Shown: positions 1 to 10,494 of the stretch, piece by piece
Layout: each line of letters opens with the position of its first letter
Position numbering within the stretch: the stretch's first letter is position 1
From: an uncultured Gammaproteobacteria bacterium
GTDB lineage: Bacteria > Patescibacteriota > Microgenomatia > UBA8517
DNA: 55,444 nt
Reading direction: 5' to 3'
Assembly: GCA_964429215.1 (NCBI GenBank)
Contig: CAYSAY010000006.1
Span: forward strand, 1-55,444
Program-made: the position numbers and the translations under genes
The notes under the pieces: generated by a model
Databases searched by the model: none
What the model saw: the letters and a program-made list of their open reading frames with translations, nothing else
What the model was told of the DNA's origin: nothing

Positions 1-2
1 AT

Positions 3-788
3 ACATATGGATTATTATTTAAAATAACACACAAGTTTGCATTTTTAATGATTATTGTAATGGGGTTTTTGTATTTATCCTTTAATACGTTGGAAAGTTT
101 AACATATACAAATTTTGTTTTTTCAAAATTTCATATACATCCGGATCAATTATCTATTATTTTTTATATATTTCTTGCTGAATATACAATTGGAATTAAT
201 TTTAATAGTGCTAAAAAAAATATACAGAAAGGTATAGTTAAGTTGTTAAAGATTGAAACACTAATTGTTCCACTTGTAATTTTTATTTTTTTGAATAATA
301 TCGTCGGAATAGTTGATAAAATGAAGGATGATGTTTTTTATATGTCTACCCATATTTTTAGTAGTACAGAAGAAAAATATGAATTTAAACTTGGTAAAAA
401 GTTTTATAATTTTACTGAATTTATTATAAATAACACCGAAAAGGACTCTAAAATTCTTATACCACCTTTTTCTGCTTATCCTTGGCCACAATCAGGTAAC
501 TCGGTTTACATGCGATATTTTTTGTTTCCAAGAACTTTGGTAAGTGGTAATGAGTTCTCGTCTGTTTTGGATATTAATCAATTTGATTATGTTTTGATCG
601 CATGGGGCGAGACACCTTCTACATCAGGCGAATACACACACGGTTGGCCAAAATTTGATGTGTCCGCCGAATATATTTTATTTTTAAATGATAATGGAAC
701 AACTTCAAAGGCAAATGAAAATTATGTTTACGATAAAAACAAAGATAACGAAGTGTGGGGTATTATTAAGGTTAATAAATTAAAATGA
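3..788 (+). CDS. C-terminal part of a membrane protein, probably a GT-C-like glycosyltransferase; 5' end truncated by the window edge
   Basis: The reading frame of the 48..788 ORF stays open back to nt 3 with no upstream stop, so the true start probably lies outside the window. Hydrophobic N-terminal part followed by a soluble tail. ATGA overlap with the next gene. Confidence 0.4.
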   Translation, partial: TYGLLFKITHKFAFLMIIVMGFLYLSFNTLESLTYTNFVFSKFHIHPDQLSIIFYIFLAEYTIGINFNSAKKNIQKGIVKLLKIETLIVPLVIFIFLNNIVGIVDKMKDDVFYMSTHIFSSTEEKYEFKLGKKFYNFTEFIINNTEKDSKILIPPFSAYPWPQSGNSVYMRYFLFPRTLVSGNEFSSVLDINQFDYVLIAWGETPSTSGEYTHGWPKFDVSAEYILFLNDNGTTSKANENYVYDKNKDNEVWGIIKVNKLK

Positions 789-2119
789 GCACAATTTTAA
801 TGTTGATTTTGTTAATAGTTTTGGGATACTTAATGACTAAGGTTTTAATCAAATCTGTTGGTTTTTTTGAAGCTTTGAGTTTAGGTTTACTGTTGTCAAT
901 TGGCATATCTACTTTTTTGATTTTTATATATTCATGGGTTGGTATAAAAATAACAGTTTTATCTGTGGTAGTTATGCTTTTTTTGTTAATTATTACTAGC
1001 CTTTTAATATGTAAGAAATTAAAAGTTGGTGTCCTGCAATTATCAAGTTTTAAATTTGGAAATATTGGTGAATTTACTTGGACTGAAAGAATTGTTATAT
1101 TATTGATAATTGGATCTTTAGGGTTAAGTTTTTTTCTGTCATTGTATTTTCCAATAACTGTGTGGGATGCATTAGCATTATATGATTTTAGAGCTAAAAT
1201 TATTACTGAGACAGGTTTTTTTGTTCAAGTTGCTAGAAACTATGAATATTTTGCACATTATCCGTTGTTTACATCACTTTCACATACAGTTTTTTATCTT
1301 GTTGGTATAACTAATCCCCAGTTTGTATATTCAATGCTTTTTATTTGTTTTGGAACTGTTTTTTTCATTAATCTGAAAAAAATATCAAACAGGAGAGTTG
1401 CATTAGTTGCAACTTTGTTACTTATTACTATTCCTGAGATATTTCAACATTCTACGATTGCATACACCAATCTTCCATATACAATCTTTTATGTTTCAGG
1501 ATTAATATATCTTTACAACGCATATATAAATGAACGATTAGACATGTTGTTAGTCTCGTCACTTTTAATCGGCTTAAGTACATGGGTAAGGTCAGATTTA
1601 CCGTTTTGGTTAACTGGTATTTTGTTTGTTATCACACTTTCGGTTATTAAAAAAAGTATTAAGCCAATTCTAATATATTTAGTACCTTTTTTGGTTATTC
1701 AACAGCCTTGGAGTAGATTTAACTCAAGTATGTTTGGTAAAAGTTATTCGACAGTTGGACAAGTAACTAACGCAAGCTCCTCTTTAATGCAGGGGATCGA
1801 CATTAATCGTCTGATAGATATATTTATGTATATTTACAATAATGTATTTGTTACTTGGGGTGCACTTTCTGTTTTGTTTATTTCGTTTGTAATTATAAGT
1901 ATTGTAAATAAATCTATCAAAAAAACATTATTTTTCTTAGGATTTATAATAGTTAATTTATTTTTATTGTTTGTTGGAACTTACTTGTTTAGCATGAATG
2001 TTAATGAGTGGAAAGAAATTGCTGATTCTGCAGTTAGAATGTCTATGTTCTTTCCACCTTTGATGCTTTACTATATCAGTATTGTAATAGGTAAAACAGA
2101 TATCAAACTATTAAAATGA
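785..2119 (+). CDS. polytopic membrane protein, GT-C-like glycosyltransferase candidate
   Basis: 444 aa with many hydrophobic segments. Acidic/aromatic motif VWDALALYDF after the early TM helices. Operon context with other glycosyltransferases. ATGA overlaps at both ends. Confidence 0.5.
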   Translation: MSTILMLILLIVLGYLMTKVLIKSVGFFEALSLGLLLSIGISTFLIFIYSWVGIKITVLSVVVMLFLLIITSLLICKKLKVGVLQLSSFKFGNIGEFTWTERIVILLIIGSLGLSFFLSLYFPITVWDALALYDFRAKIITETGFFVQVARNYEYFAHYPLFTSLSHTVFYLVGITNPQFVYSMLFICFGTVFFINLKKISNRRVALVATLLLITIPEIFQHSTIAYTNLPYTIFYVSGLIYLYNAYINERLDMLLVSSLLIGLSTWVRSDLPFWLTGILFVITLSVIKKSIKPILIYLVPFLVIQQPWSRFNSSMFGKSYSTVGQVTNASSSLMQGIDINRLIDIFMYIYNNVFVTWGALSVLFISFVIISIVNKSIKKTLFFLGFIIVNLFLLFVGTYLFSMNVNEWKEIADSAVRMSMFFPPLMLYYISIVIGKTDIKLLK

Positions 2120-3288
2120 AACAAAAAATTGCATGGTTACATCCACACTTTTTATATTGGACAGGTGGTACAAAATATATATTGGCCGTTGTACAAGAAT
2201 TGTCTAAAAAATATGAAATTACAATTTTTACTGAAGGGTATAGCGATGAGATTAAAAAAGATTTTGATAAGTTAAATATCAAGGTTGTTAAAATATCTAA
2301 TTTTTCTACTAATAAATTAATTTATTGGGTGTTTTTACCAATTATTTTAATATCAGAGCTAATAATCTTAAGAAAGAGATTGCCTAAATTTTACAGAATT
2401 GTTTCTAGTATGTTTCCAATGAATATCGTTGCCAATATACTAAGTCGTAAAAACCATGTCCAATTCGTTTTTGAACCGTTTGCTTTTTTTCACGATAAAA
2501 AAATGATTGGTGGATATCCATTTATCGTACGTAACTTAATGCAAATTGCTCGTTTATTGTATTGTTGGCTAGATACCTATTTTACAAAATCGTCCAAAGT
2601 TTTGATGACAGTCAACAATGGTGTATCAAAATGGATTATGAAAGTTTATCGACGGAAATCAATACCTGCGTATTTAATAGTAGATACTAAAAAGTTTAAG
2701 AAAATTACGAGTAGTCGGTTTGATAAGTTATTCACTGATAAATTACTTGTGCTGCATAGTACTGATTTAACGCCCTTAAAAAGGACACCCTTTGTAATTA
2801 GTGGTTTTAAGGATGTGGTTAAACAGGTTCCAAATGCCTTATTACTTATAACAACACCATTTGATGTATCAAATAAATCTAAACAGATTACTGATTATGC
2901 GGAAAAATATGGTATTTCTAAAAATGTTGTAGTATTGGGATTTGTAAAAAATAAAGATTTGGCATCATTGTATTCAAGAGTTGATTGTGCTGTTTATGCT
3001 GGAGTAGGAGATGGTGCAAGCGCCTGTAGTTATTTTGTTTTGGAAGTAATGTCGTCTCAAACACCAGTTGTGCGAACTTCTGATTCTGTGGAAGAGGTTG
3101 AGGAGAATAAGTCAGGATATTTATTCAAACCTGAAGATAAAGAAAAGATGGTAAGTTCCATTGTTAAGCTTCTAAAAGATAAAAAATTGTCATTAAAGAT
3201 GGGTGTTGCGGCTAGAAATAGAATTAAAAATGTATATACCAATGAAGTTGTTGCTAAAAGTTTTAAAGATGCATTTGAACAAATATAA
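2116..3288 (+). CDS. GT-B fold glycosyltransferase (family 4-like)
   Basis: 390 aa. C-terminal domain has a GT4-type E-x7-E region (SYFVLEVMSSQTPVV...SGYLF). Typical length. Confidence 0.8.
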   Translation: MKQKIAWLHPHFLYWTGGTKYILAVVQELSKKYEITIFTEGYSDEIKKDFDKLNIKVVKISNFSTNKLIYWVFLPIILISELIILRKRLPKFYRIVSSMFPMNIVANILSRKNHVQFVFEPFAFFHDKKMIGGYPFIVRNLMQIARLLYCWLDTYFTKSSKVLMTVNNGVSKWIMKVYRRKSIPAYLIVDTKKFKKITSSRFDKLFTDKLLVLHSTDLTPLKRTPFVISGFKDVVKQVPNALLLITTPFDVSNKSKQITDYAEKYGISKNVVVLGFVKNKDLASLYSRVDCAVYAGVGDGASACSYFVLEVMSSQTPVVRTSDSVEEVEENKSGYLFKPEDKEKMVSSIVKLLKDKKLSLKMGVAARNRIKNVYTNEVVAKSFKDAFEQI

Positions 3289-3302
3289 TCGAATAAATTG
3301 TT

Positions 3303-3713
3303 ATGCTTGAAAAAATAATTATAGATAATAGACTAGTTGCATTAATTATGCGGTCAACTGCGGAGGTTACATCTTCAACTTTTTTCTCTCCACCGGAGTT
3401 AAATTTTCAGATGTCAATCTTTAAAAGGGAGAAAGATTTTGTGGAGAAACCACATTTTCATAAAAAGGTAATTAGAAAAATTGATAGGGTGGAACAATTT
3501 TTATATATATTAGAAGGTCAAATGCGCGTTGATTTTTTTGATAAAAAGGGTATATTAACAAAGACAAAGCGAATAAAAAAAGGTGACAGTATTCTGATAA
3601 TTAGGGGAATACATGGAATAAAAATGATTAGTAATTGTAAAGCAATATCAATTAAACAAGGTCCTTTTTTAGGCGATTTGAATGACAAAATAGAAGTAAA
3701 AACATACAAATGA
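3303..3713 (+). CDS. small cupin-fold protein (WbuC/WxcM-like sugar-nucleotide-associated cupin)
   Basis: 136 aa. PHFHKK...EQFLYILEGQMRVDFFDKKG pattern resembles a cupin metal-site and beta-barrel signature. ATGA-coupled to the downstream sugar aminotransferase. Confidence 0.5.
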   Translation: MLEKIIIDNRLVALIMRSTAEVTSSTFFSPPELNFQMSIFKREKDFVEKPHFHKKVIRKIDRVEQFLYILEGQMRVDFFDKKGILTKTKRIKKGDSILIIRGIHGIKMISNCKAISIKQGPFLGDLNDKIEVKTYK

Positions 3714-4822
3714 TACCAGTTTTTGAACCAATAATCACAGATGATGACATTAAATCGGTAACTGATGCCTTAAAAAAAGGACAGATATCTGGAAATTATG
3801 GAGATGCACTTGTTGATCTTGAGAAGGCTTGTGCTGACTATCACGGAGTTAAATATGCTTCTTCAGTAAATAGTGGATCGTCTGCTTTACAATTGGCAGT
3901 TGATGCACTTGGCATACATGAGGGTGATGAGGTTCTTGTCTCAACTTTTACAAATATTGCTACATGTTTGGCAATCACACATGCAGGAGCAACCCCAGTT
4001 GCTGTAGATTCAGAACCTGATACATGGAATATGGATATTAATAAGATAGAGGATAAGATAACTAAAAAAACTAAAGCCATAATTACGGTCCATATTTATG
4101 GACACCCAGTTGATATGGATCCTTTATTAAAAATTGTAAGTAAGCATAACCTATATTTAATCGAAGATGCCGCTGAAGCTCAGGGTGCAGAATACAAAGG
4201 GAAAAAAGTTGGTTGTTTCGGTACAGTTGGCTGTCTTAGTTTCTATGGTAATAAAACAATAACGACAGGTGAGGGTGGTATGGTGATCACTAATGATAAA
4301 AAGGTAATAGACAAAGTAAATCTTTTGAAAAATCTTGCGTTTGAAATCCCAAGATATTTACATTGGTATGCTGGATATAATTACAGAATGCCAAATTATG
4401 TAGCTGCGATGGCTGTATCTCAAATGAAACGTATAAATACAATAGTTAGTTTAAAGAGGCAGATTGCTGCGTGGTATAAAAAATACCTTAATAATGTTGA
4501 GGGTGTTATTCTTCCTGTGGAAAAGACATATGCCAAAAACATTTATTGGATGTACGGTATAGTTATTGACCCAGCGCATTTTGGACGTACTAGAGAACAA
4601 GTAATGGAAAAGCTCAATGAACTGGGAATTGATTCACGTGCATTTTTTATACCAATGAATACCCAACCAGTTTTTAGAAAAATGGGATTGTTTAAGGGAG
4701 TTTCGTGTCCAGTAGCAGAAAATTTGGGTATAAATGGATTATATTTGCCATCCGGGTACAATTTAACTGAAAAAAATGTTGAAGAAGTGTGTTCCAAATT
4801 AATTTCCCTTAAACGAGAATAA
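3710..4822 (+). CDS. DegT/DnrJ/EryC1/StrS-family PLP-dependent sugar aminotransferase
   Basis: 370 aa. N-terminal IPVFEP; SGSSALQLA; DAAEAQGA; SFYGNKTITTGEGGMV with the expected PLP-lysine context. Confidence 0.85.
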   Translation: MIPVFEPIITDDDIKSVTDALKKGQISGNYGDALVDLEKACADYHGVKYASSVNSGSSALQLAVDALGIHEGDEVLVSTFTNIATCLAITHAGATPVAVDSEPDTWNMDINKIEDKITKKTKAIITVHIYGHPVDMDPLLKIVSKHNLYLIEDAAEAQGAEYKGKKVGCFGTVGCLSFYGNKTITTGEGGMVITNDKKVIDKVNLLKNLAFEIPRYLHWYAGYNYRMPNYVAAMAVSQMKRINTIVSLKRQIAAWYKKYLNNVEGVILPVEKTYAKNIYWMYGIVIDPAHFGRTREQVMEKLNELGIDSRAFFIPMNTQPVFRKMGLFKGVSCPVAENLGINGLYLPSGYNLTEKNVEEVCSKLISLKRE

Positions 4823-4823
4823 T

Positions 4824-5534
4824 ATGGTTAATAAAAGTGATTTTCATGGAATTCCATATATAAATAAAAAGCGAAAGTCACCACACGGATTTCTAGTCGG
4901 TTATATTTATAAAATATTTCAAAAGCATTCAGTTTTACCCGATGATGTTGTCATCCGGGACATGCGAAAAGGAGCAAATTTATTGGATATGGGTTGTGGT
5001 GATGGTGATTTTTGTTTTAAAAACGACTTTAATTTTGATAAAATTATTGGAATTGACGTTTCTGATTTTAGGATTAGGAATGCAATCAAGAAAAGTTTAA
5101 AATTGAACCATAAAAAATATATTTTTCAAACTGGCGATATGGATAGTAAATTGCCATTTAGGTCCGGTTATTTTGACACAATCGTAATGATAGCCGCATT
5201 TCAATATTGTTTTGATCCTTATTTTACCCTGCGAGAATTGAATCGAGTTTTAAAAAAGGGTGGGGTAATGTATATCCAAGTGACTAATCTTGCGTGGATC
5301 GTGTATCGTATACAACTTTTATTTGGAAAACAACTTTTTACATCATTGGCACATTTTCAAACCTGGGATGGAGGTATTTTGCATTACTTCACTTTTAAGT
5401 CGCTTTCAGACTTGATTAATAAATGTGGCTTTAAAGTAACCTATAAATCTTGTTCGGGATTATTTAGAAATATTAAACTGATCTATCCATCGTTATTAGC
5501 TAGTGATATTATAATAAAAGCAATCAAAAAATGA
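4824..5534 (+). CDS. class I SAM-dependent methyltransferase
   Basis: Motif I LLDMGCGDGDF; downstream FDTIVMIAAFQY and LKKGGVMYI, typical of the Methyltransf_11/23 fold. Confidence 0.75.
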   Translation: MVNKSDFHGIPYINKKRKSPHGFLVGYIYKIFQKHSVLPDDVVIRDMRKGANLLDMGCGDGDFCFKNDFNFDKIIGIDVSDFRIRNAIKKSLKLNHKKYIFQTGDMDSKLPFRSGYFDTIVMIAAFQYCFDPYFTLRELNRVLKKGGVMYIQVTNLAWIVYRIQLLFGKQLFTSLAHFQTWDGGILHYFTFKSLSDLINKCGFKVTYKSCSGLFRNIKLIYPSLLASDIIIKAIKK

Positions 5535-6367
5535 AAAACTGGTATTATTTTTACAAATATAGTATTTTACTTGGAATTAGATTTTTTCTAAAAGGTAATT
5601 TTAAATTTAGCAAAGAAGCGTTAAAAAGAATTATTATACCAATGGATATTGCAAGGTATTTTGAAATTCCAGCTACTTTCCGGTATTTAGATGCAAAGGC
5701 TAACGAAAAAATTTTAGATATTTCAAGTCCGAAATTAATTAGTTTTTACATTTCTGAAAAAATAAAGTCTGTTGTATATGGTACAGATGTTTGGAACAAA
5801 GAGATTATAGAGTGGAAAAAAATAAAATCTAACGTAATTTTTAATAGAAATTTAACTAGAAATTTAAAATTAAATACAGTTGATGGTAGAAAACTACCAT
5901 ATAAAAAGAATTTTTTTGATAAGATATTTAGTGTTTCTGTGATTGAGCACATAGAGAAGAATGGTGATACTGCATGTATCAGAGAGCTGGCTAGGGTTTT
6001 GAAACCTGGTGGTAAAATTGTCATTACTACGCCTTTTGGTAGTGAATATAAAGAAAATTGGGTTTCAAGAGATGCGTATGGTAATAAATTTGATGGGGAT
6101 AAACCAGTTTTTTTATCTAGAATTTATGATAAAAAGAATTTAAAAACACGCTTAATTGATCCTTCAGGGTTAAAACTTGAATCGAGAATCATATGTAATG
6201 AAAGATTCCCAATAATAACTACTATTTACACGCATACTCTTCCATTATCGCCACTGTTTGGGCTAATATTTCCACTTTTAGCTAAATTGACACTTCATGA
6301 AGGTCAATATGTTGGAGATAAAAATAATATATTGATTGTATTAAGAAAAGATGCAGATAAAGCGTAA
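5531..6367 (+). CDS. probable SAM-dependent methyltransferase
   Basis: ILDISSPKL (degenerate motif I), FDKIFSVSVIEHI, LKPGGKIVITTP. ATGA overlap with the upstream methyltransferase. Confidence 0.6.
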   Translation: MKNWYYFYKYSILLGIRFFLKGNFKFSKEALKRIIIPMDIARYFEIPATFRYLDAKANEKILDISSPKLISFYISEKIKSVVYGTDVWNKEIIEWKKIKSNVIFNRNLTRNLKLNTVDGRKLPYKKNFFDKIFSVSVIEHIEKNGDTACIRELARVLKPGGKIVITTPFGSEYKENWVSRDAYGNKFDGDKPVFLSRIYDKKNLKTRLIDPSGLKLESRIICNERFPIITTIYTHTLPLSPLFGLIFPLLAKLTLHEGQYVGDKNNILIVLRKDADKA

Positions 6368-7502
6368 GAAACCCAACATTGTTGTTATACATAATATTGT
6401 ATCGCCTCACGTAGAACCACTGTTTAAAGAGTTGTCAAAAGATAATAATTTAACTGTATTTTATTGCGCACAGAAAGAAGATAATCGAAACTGGGTTAAA
6501 AAGCCTGTCGGATTTAAGTATAAAATATTACCAAATTTTTCATTAAAAATAAAAGGTAAAGATCTTTTTACGTATTTTATAAATCCTACAATTGTATCCG
6601 AATTGATCAAAATAAATCCTGATGTTGTAATTGTTTCTGGATGGGACCTGTTTGCATATCAGATTTCTTTTTTGTACTGTCTTATTAAGAAAGTTAAATT
6701 AGTTATATGGTCAGGGAGCACCAATTATGAACCAAGTTGGAGAAGATCGATATCTTTACCTTTTGTAAAGTTTATGGTTAGAAATGCTAACGCATATATC
6801 GCTTATGGGACGCGGTCACGTGATTATCTTGTGAAATTGGGGGCAAAGAAGGATGAAATTTTTATTTCTTACAATACAACAAATGTAATTGCATATATAA
6901 ATGATATTGATTCTCAGAAAAGAAATATTATTAAAACGAGACTAGGGCTTACAAATAAAAAAGTGATACTTTATTACGGTCAGATAATTGATCGTAAAGG
7001 TGTTGATGTTCTAGTTAAGGCATTCGATATAGTTCACTCCAAGATTAAAAATTCTACATTGTTGTTAATAGGGGATGGAGACAGTGTAAATCGTATAAAA
7101 TTTCTAATCAATAAATTAAAAATTGATAATGTTGTTATTTTGCCAGATGTTGGTGATAATAAAATGGTTGAATACTATAAATTAGCAGATGTATTTGTGT
7201 TGCCATCTCGTGAAGAAGTATGGGGTTTGGTTGTAAATCAAGCAATGGCATCAAGCTTGCCTGTTATTGTTTCAAATTCAGTAGGTTCTGGCGTAGACCT
7301 TGTTAAAAATTTTAAGAATGGATTTATCTTTGATACCGACAATGTGGTTGATTTAGCCAAAAAAATATATTATGTCTTAACTGATGAGGAAAGAAGAATT
7401 AAAATGTGTAAGTGTTCTAGTCAATTTATTTTAAATTTACAACCAAATAAAACAGTTGTAAATTTTAATAATGCGATTAAATATGTAGAAAATGAAAAAT
7501 AA
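6351..7502 (+). CDS. GT-B fold glycosyltransferase (family 4-like)
   Basis: 383 aa. YYGQIIDRKGVDVL...LPSREEVWGLVVNQAMASSLPVIVSNSVG...NGFIF, the canonical GT4 C-terminal domain. Confidence 0.8.
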   Translation: MQIKRKKPNIVVIHNIVSPHVEPLFKELSKDNNLTVFYCAQKEDNRNWVKKPVGFKYKILPNFSLKIKGKDLFTYFINPTIVSELIKINPDVVIVSGWDLFAYQISFLYCLIKKVKLVIWSGSTNYEPSWRRSISLPFVKFMVRNANAYIAYGTRSRDYLVKLGAKKDEIFISYNTTNVIAYINDIDSQKRNIIKTRLGLTNKKVILYYGQIIDRKGVDVLVKAFDIVHSKIKNSTLLLIGDGDSVNRIKFLINKLKIDNVVILPDVGDNKMVEYYKLADVFVLPSREEVWGLVVNQAMASSLPVIVSNSVGSGVDLVKNFKNGFIFDTDNVVDLAKKIYYVLTDEERRIKMCKCSSQFILNLQPNKTVVNFNNAIKYVENEK

Positions 7503-8250
7503 ACTAAAAACAAAGTTGTTCCAATTTTATAACAAAAATACAAAGTATTTTGATCATATGGATAAAACACATGATAGCGATTATTTTGACTCAATAATTC
7601 GTTTAATAAATAATAATAATTTGAAGATAAAGGATAAGAAAATACTTGATGTGGGATGTGGTGCGGGATCTTTAGCCAAAGTATTAAAAGAATTATATGC
7701 TTGTAAAAATATTTGGGGTATAGACATTAGTAAACTAGGTAACCCATCAAGATATTTAAATTTTATCCGCGGTAGTGCTGATGATATGCCTATTGAAAAT
7801 GAATCTTTCGATTACGTTTTTTGTTCTGACGTTTTGGAGCATGTAGTCGATCCTAAAAAAGTGATTTCTGAGAGTTGTAGAGTTTTAAAGAGTAAGGGCT
7901 ATCTAATTATACGTACGCCTAATGGATTGTCACCATTATTACAGGGTTTTACAAAATATTTTACGCTTACTAATTTATTTAAATATTATTTAGGTCAAAA
8001 AAATGGTTTAGTAAATATTGTCAGGCTAAAGCCGAATTTATCCATGAAAACTATCGGGGGAGATTTGGACGCTGTTCATTCACTTTCATATACAGATTTG
8101 TTAACAGAGCTTAAATTAATGGGTTTAAAAATAGTTGAATCTGAAAGTTGGGGCGGTGGTCCTAAAAAAATGAAAATAATCAGATTTTTAAATTACCTAC
8201 CTTTGGTTAGTTATTTAGGTTCTTCAATTACACTTGTTGCAAGAAAATAA
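7492..8250 (+). CDS. class I SAM-dependent methyltransferase
   Basis: Motif I ILDVGCGAGSL; FDYVFCSDVLEHV; LKSKGYLIIRTPN. Confidence 0.8.
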   Translation: MKNKLKTKLFQFYNKNTKYFDHMDKTHDSDYFDSIIRLINNNNLKIKDKKILDVGCGAGSLAKVLKELYACKNIWGIDISKLGNPSRYLNFIRGSADDMPIENESFDYVFCSDVLEHVVDPKKVISESCRVLKSKGYLIIRTPNGLSPLLQGFTKYFTLTNLFKYYLGQKNGLVNIVRLKPNLSMKTIGGDLDAVHSLSYTDLLTELKLMGLKIVESESWGGGPKKMKIIRFLNYLPLVSYLGSSITLVARK

Positions 8251-8252
8251 TT

Positions 8253-8954
8253 TCATACCTTTTTCAGTACGAAAAAATGATGATATGGGTAAAATATTCT
8301 ACTTTTTTCTGATTCAATTTCTAAACCTGAATTATTAATTATTTCACGAATTTTGCTGATTGAAAGTCCACTTCTTCCCATCTCCCAAAAGTGCGGCTTT
8401 ATCGTTCCCAATTTTTTTAAAAAGAAAAAAGGTATGTAAAAATTGACATAAATTGGTTCAAATGGCTTTAATCTGAAAAAATTAAATATCGGATCAAAGA
8501 ATGTTGCGTAGAATGGTTGAAACGCAAAGGAAATGTAAAAACATGCATACGGTAAAGAAATAATAATATACTTTTTTGAAACTCTTCTTAATTCAAGCAA
8601 CCCTTTCTTCAGTTTACTAAACGGAATGTGCTCAAGAACTTGAAAAGCACATACGCAATCATAGCTATTATCTTTGATTGGTATTTTAGTTACATCATAA
8701 ATTATGTCTGGATTTAAATTTTTATCAATATCGGCGCTTGTATATTTAAACCCTCTTTTTTCCATTATGGTCCCGAACATCCCAGTGCCTTTACCTATTT
8801 CTAATATACTTTTAGAACCTGTTTTGAAGATTAAATCTTGTTGAAACCAATAGTCAATCCATAAATTAAAATTTATGTTATGTTCTTGGCTATAATAATC
8901 ACTTTTGGGTTGTTTATTTGTCACTTTTTGCTTAATTTTTATAATATTATACAT
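8253..8954 (-). CDS. class I SAM-dependent methyltransferase
   Basis: ILEIGKGTGMFG, ADID, YDCVCAFQVLEHIP. Convergent with the previous gene, with only a 2-nt gap. Confidence 0.7.
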   Translation of the reverse strand: MYNIIKIKQKVTNKQPKSDYYSQEHNINFNLWIDYWFQQDLIFKTGSKSILEIGKGTGMFGTIMEKRGFKYTSADIDKNLNPDIIYDVTKIPIKDNSYDCVCAFQVLEHIPFSKLKKGLLELRRVSKKYIIISLPYACFYISFAFQPFYATFFDPIFNFFRLKPFEPIYVNFYIPFFFLKKLGTIKPHFWEMGRSGLSISKIREIINNSGLEIESEKSRIFYPYHHFFVLKKV

Positions 8955-9015
8955 CTTGACAAAATATTTAAGTAATATCGAAAATGTTTTGATTTGACTG
9001 TTGATTGATCATATT

Positions 9016-9045
9016 TTGAATAAATAATTAGATAAATAGTATAAT
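9016..9045 (+). promoter_or_regulatory. candidate sigma70-type promoter giving a leaderless or near-leaderless mRNA
   Basis: TTGAAT (9016-9021), 18-nt spacer, TATAAT (9040-9045), then 6 nt to ATG 9052. No Shine-Dalgarno motif. Confidence 0.35.
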
Positions 9046-9051
9046 TAACTG

Positions 9052-10494
9052 ATGATTGAAAATATAATACCTTTTTTAAAATTTTCTGATGCAGCAAAAT
9101 ATGCTGATGTGGCTAGAAATTTGTTATTAAATAATAGTTTTAATTCCTTTTTTAACTTTTGGGGATCAAATAACGCAAATTGGATTCAGCCTGTTACTCC
9201 CTATTCAATAATTTTATTTTTTAAACTATTTGGAATAAATGATTTTGCAATTATTGCCACATCATTTTTTTACTTTGTTTTGTCATTAGTATTTGTTTTT
9301 CTTTTAACACAAAAGATTTATAAAGATAAACTAACTTCTATTTTATCGACTGTCGCAGTTGGGTTTAATTACAACTTAATTAATTATGCAACTAGTGGGG
9401 CTTCTGAAACTCCGTTTATATTTGAATTAGTTGCTGGAACTTATTTCCTGTCATTAAAGAAATGGTGGGGGAATGTATTGGGAGTTATATTTATGATTCT
9501 AATGTACTTTACCCGTCCACAAGCAATAATTTACATCTTTGGTTTAATTTTGTATTACTTTATTAGTAACTATAGCTGGAAGAAAAGTTTGGTATATACA
9601 TTTTTGACATTTTTGGTTGGTACACTCATTTACGCTATATTTTCAAAACAGGGTTTAATAGCTGTGACACAGAACTTGCCGGGAATGGCAGTTTCTAATT
9701 CGCTTCGTGGATCTACAGTTGATTTTAACTTAGTAGTTATAATCAAAAAAGTTTTTTACAACTTATATAATTTTTATAAGGCACTACCTGAAATAATGAA
9801 TCCTTATTTATTTGTTTTGTCTGTAATTGGTTTATTTTCCTCCTTCGCCAAGGCTTCGAAGGACAGGCTTCAACAATCTTTTAATCTATCTGTGCTATTC
9901 ATGGCAGGACTAACATTTTTAGTTACAGCATTAACCATTCCGTTTTATAGATATTTGCATCCAGTAGTACCTCTAATTTATATTGTTGGGGTGGGGGCAC
10001 TGGTTGAAATTTTTAAAGAACACAAATTTAAAAATATCATTGCTACTTTGTTAATTCTATTTTTTGCAGTGGGGCAGACTTTGGGAATTGTATTTTTGGA
10101 TTCTAGATTTGAAAGAAAAACACACAATGTAGGTAAAGCTCCAATCTATGCAGAAATGTCCTATAAATTAAAGGAAATTACTGGGAACGATGATGTAATC
10201 CTAACAAACCTTGATACTTGGGGAAGTTGGTACGGGGAAAGAAAAACTATTTGGTTCCCACTTGAGCCTAGTATGATTTTACCTGTAAAAGAAAATATTG
10301 ATTATATATATTTAACATCATACAAAATGGATGATGAAAATTACTATATGGGTAAAGAATGGAGAGAGATATTTACTAATCCTAAAACTCAAAAAGTATT
10401 ACCTGATTATAAATTTGTTGGGGAATATGAATTTAAGGCAGAGGATAATTATGAGAGGGAAAATGGTAGGGCAGTACTCCTTGTAAGGGATTGA
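9052..10494 (+). CDS. GT-C fold membrane glycosyltransferase (ArnT/PMT_2-like)
   Basis: 480 aa. N-terminal FSDAAKYADVARNLL motif, about 10 or more hydrophobic segments, soluble C-terminal domain of about 120 aa. Confidence 0.6.
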   Translation: MIENIIPFLKFSDAAKYADVARNLLLNNSFNSFFNFWGSNNANWIQPVTPYSIILFFKLFGINDFAIIATSFFYFVLSLVFVFLLTQKIYKDKLTSILSTVAVGFNYNLINYATSGASETPFIFELVAGTYFLSLKKWWGNVLGVIFMILMYFTRPQAIIYIFGLILYYFISNYSWKKSLVYTFLTFLVGTLIYAIFSKQGLIAVTQNLPGMAVSNSLRGSTVDFNLVVIIKKVFYNLYNFYKALPEIMNPYLFVLSVIGLFSSFAKASKDRLQQSFNLSVLFMAGLTFLVTALTIPFYRYLHPVVPLIYIVGVGALVEIFKEHKFKNIIATLLILFFAVGQTLGIVFLDSRFERKTHNVGKAPIYAEMSYKLKEITGNDDVILTNLDTWGSWYGERKTIWFPLEPSMILPVKENIDYIYLTSYKMDDENYYMGKEWREIFTNPKTQKVLPDYKFVGEYEFKAEDNYERENGRAVLLVRD

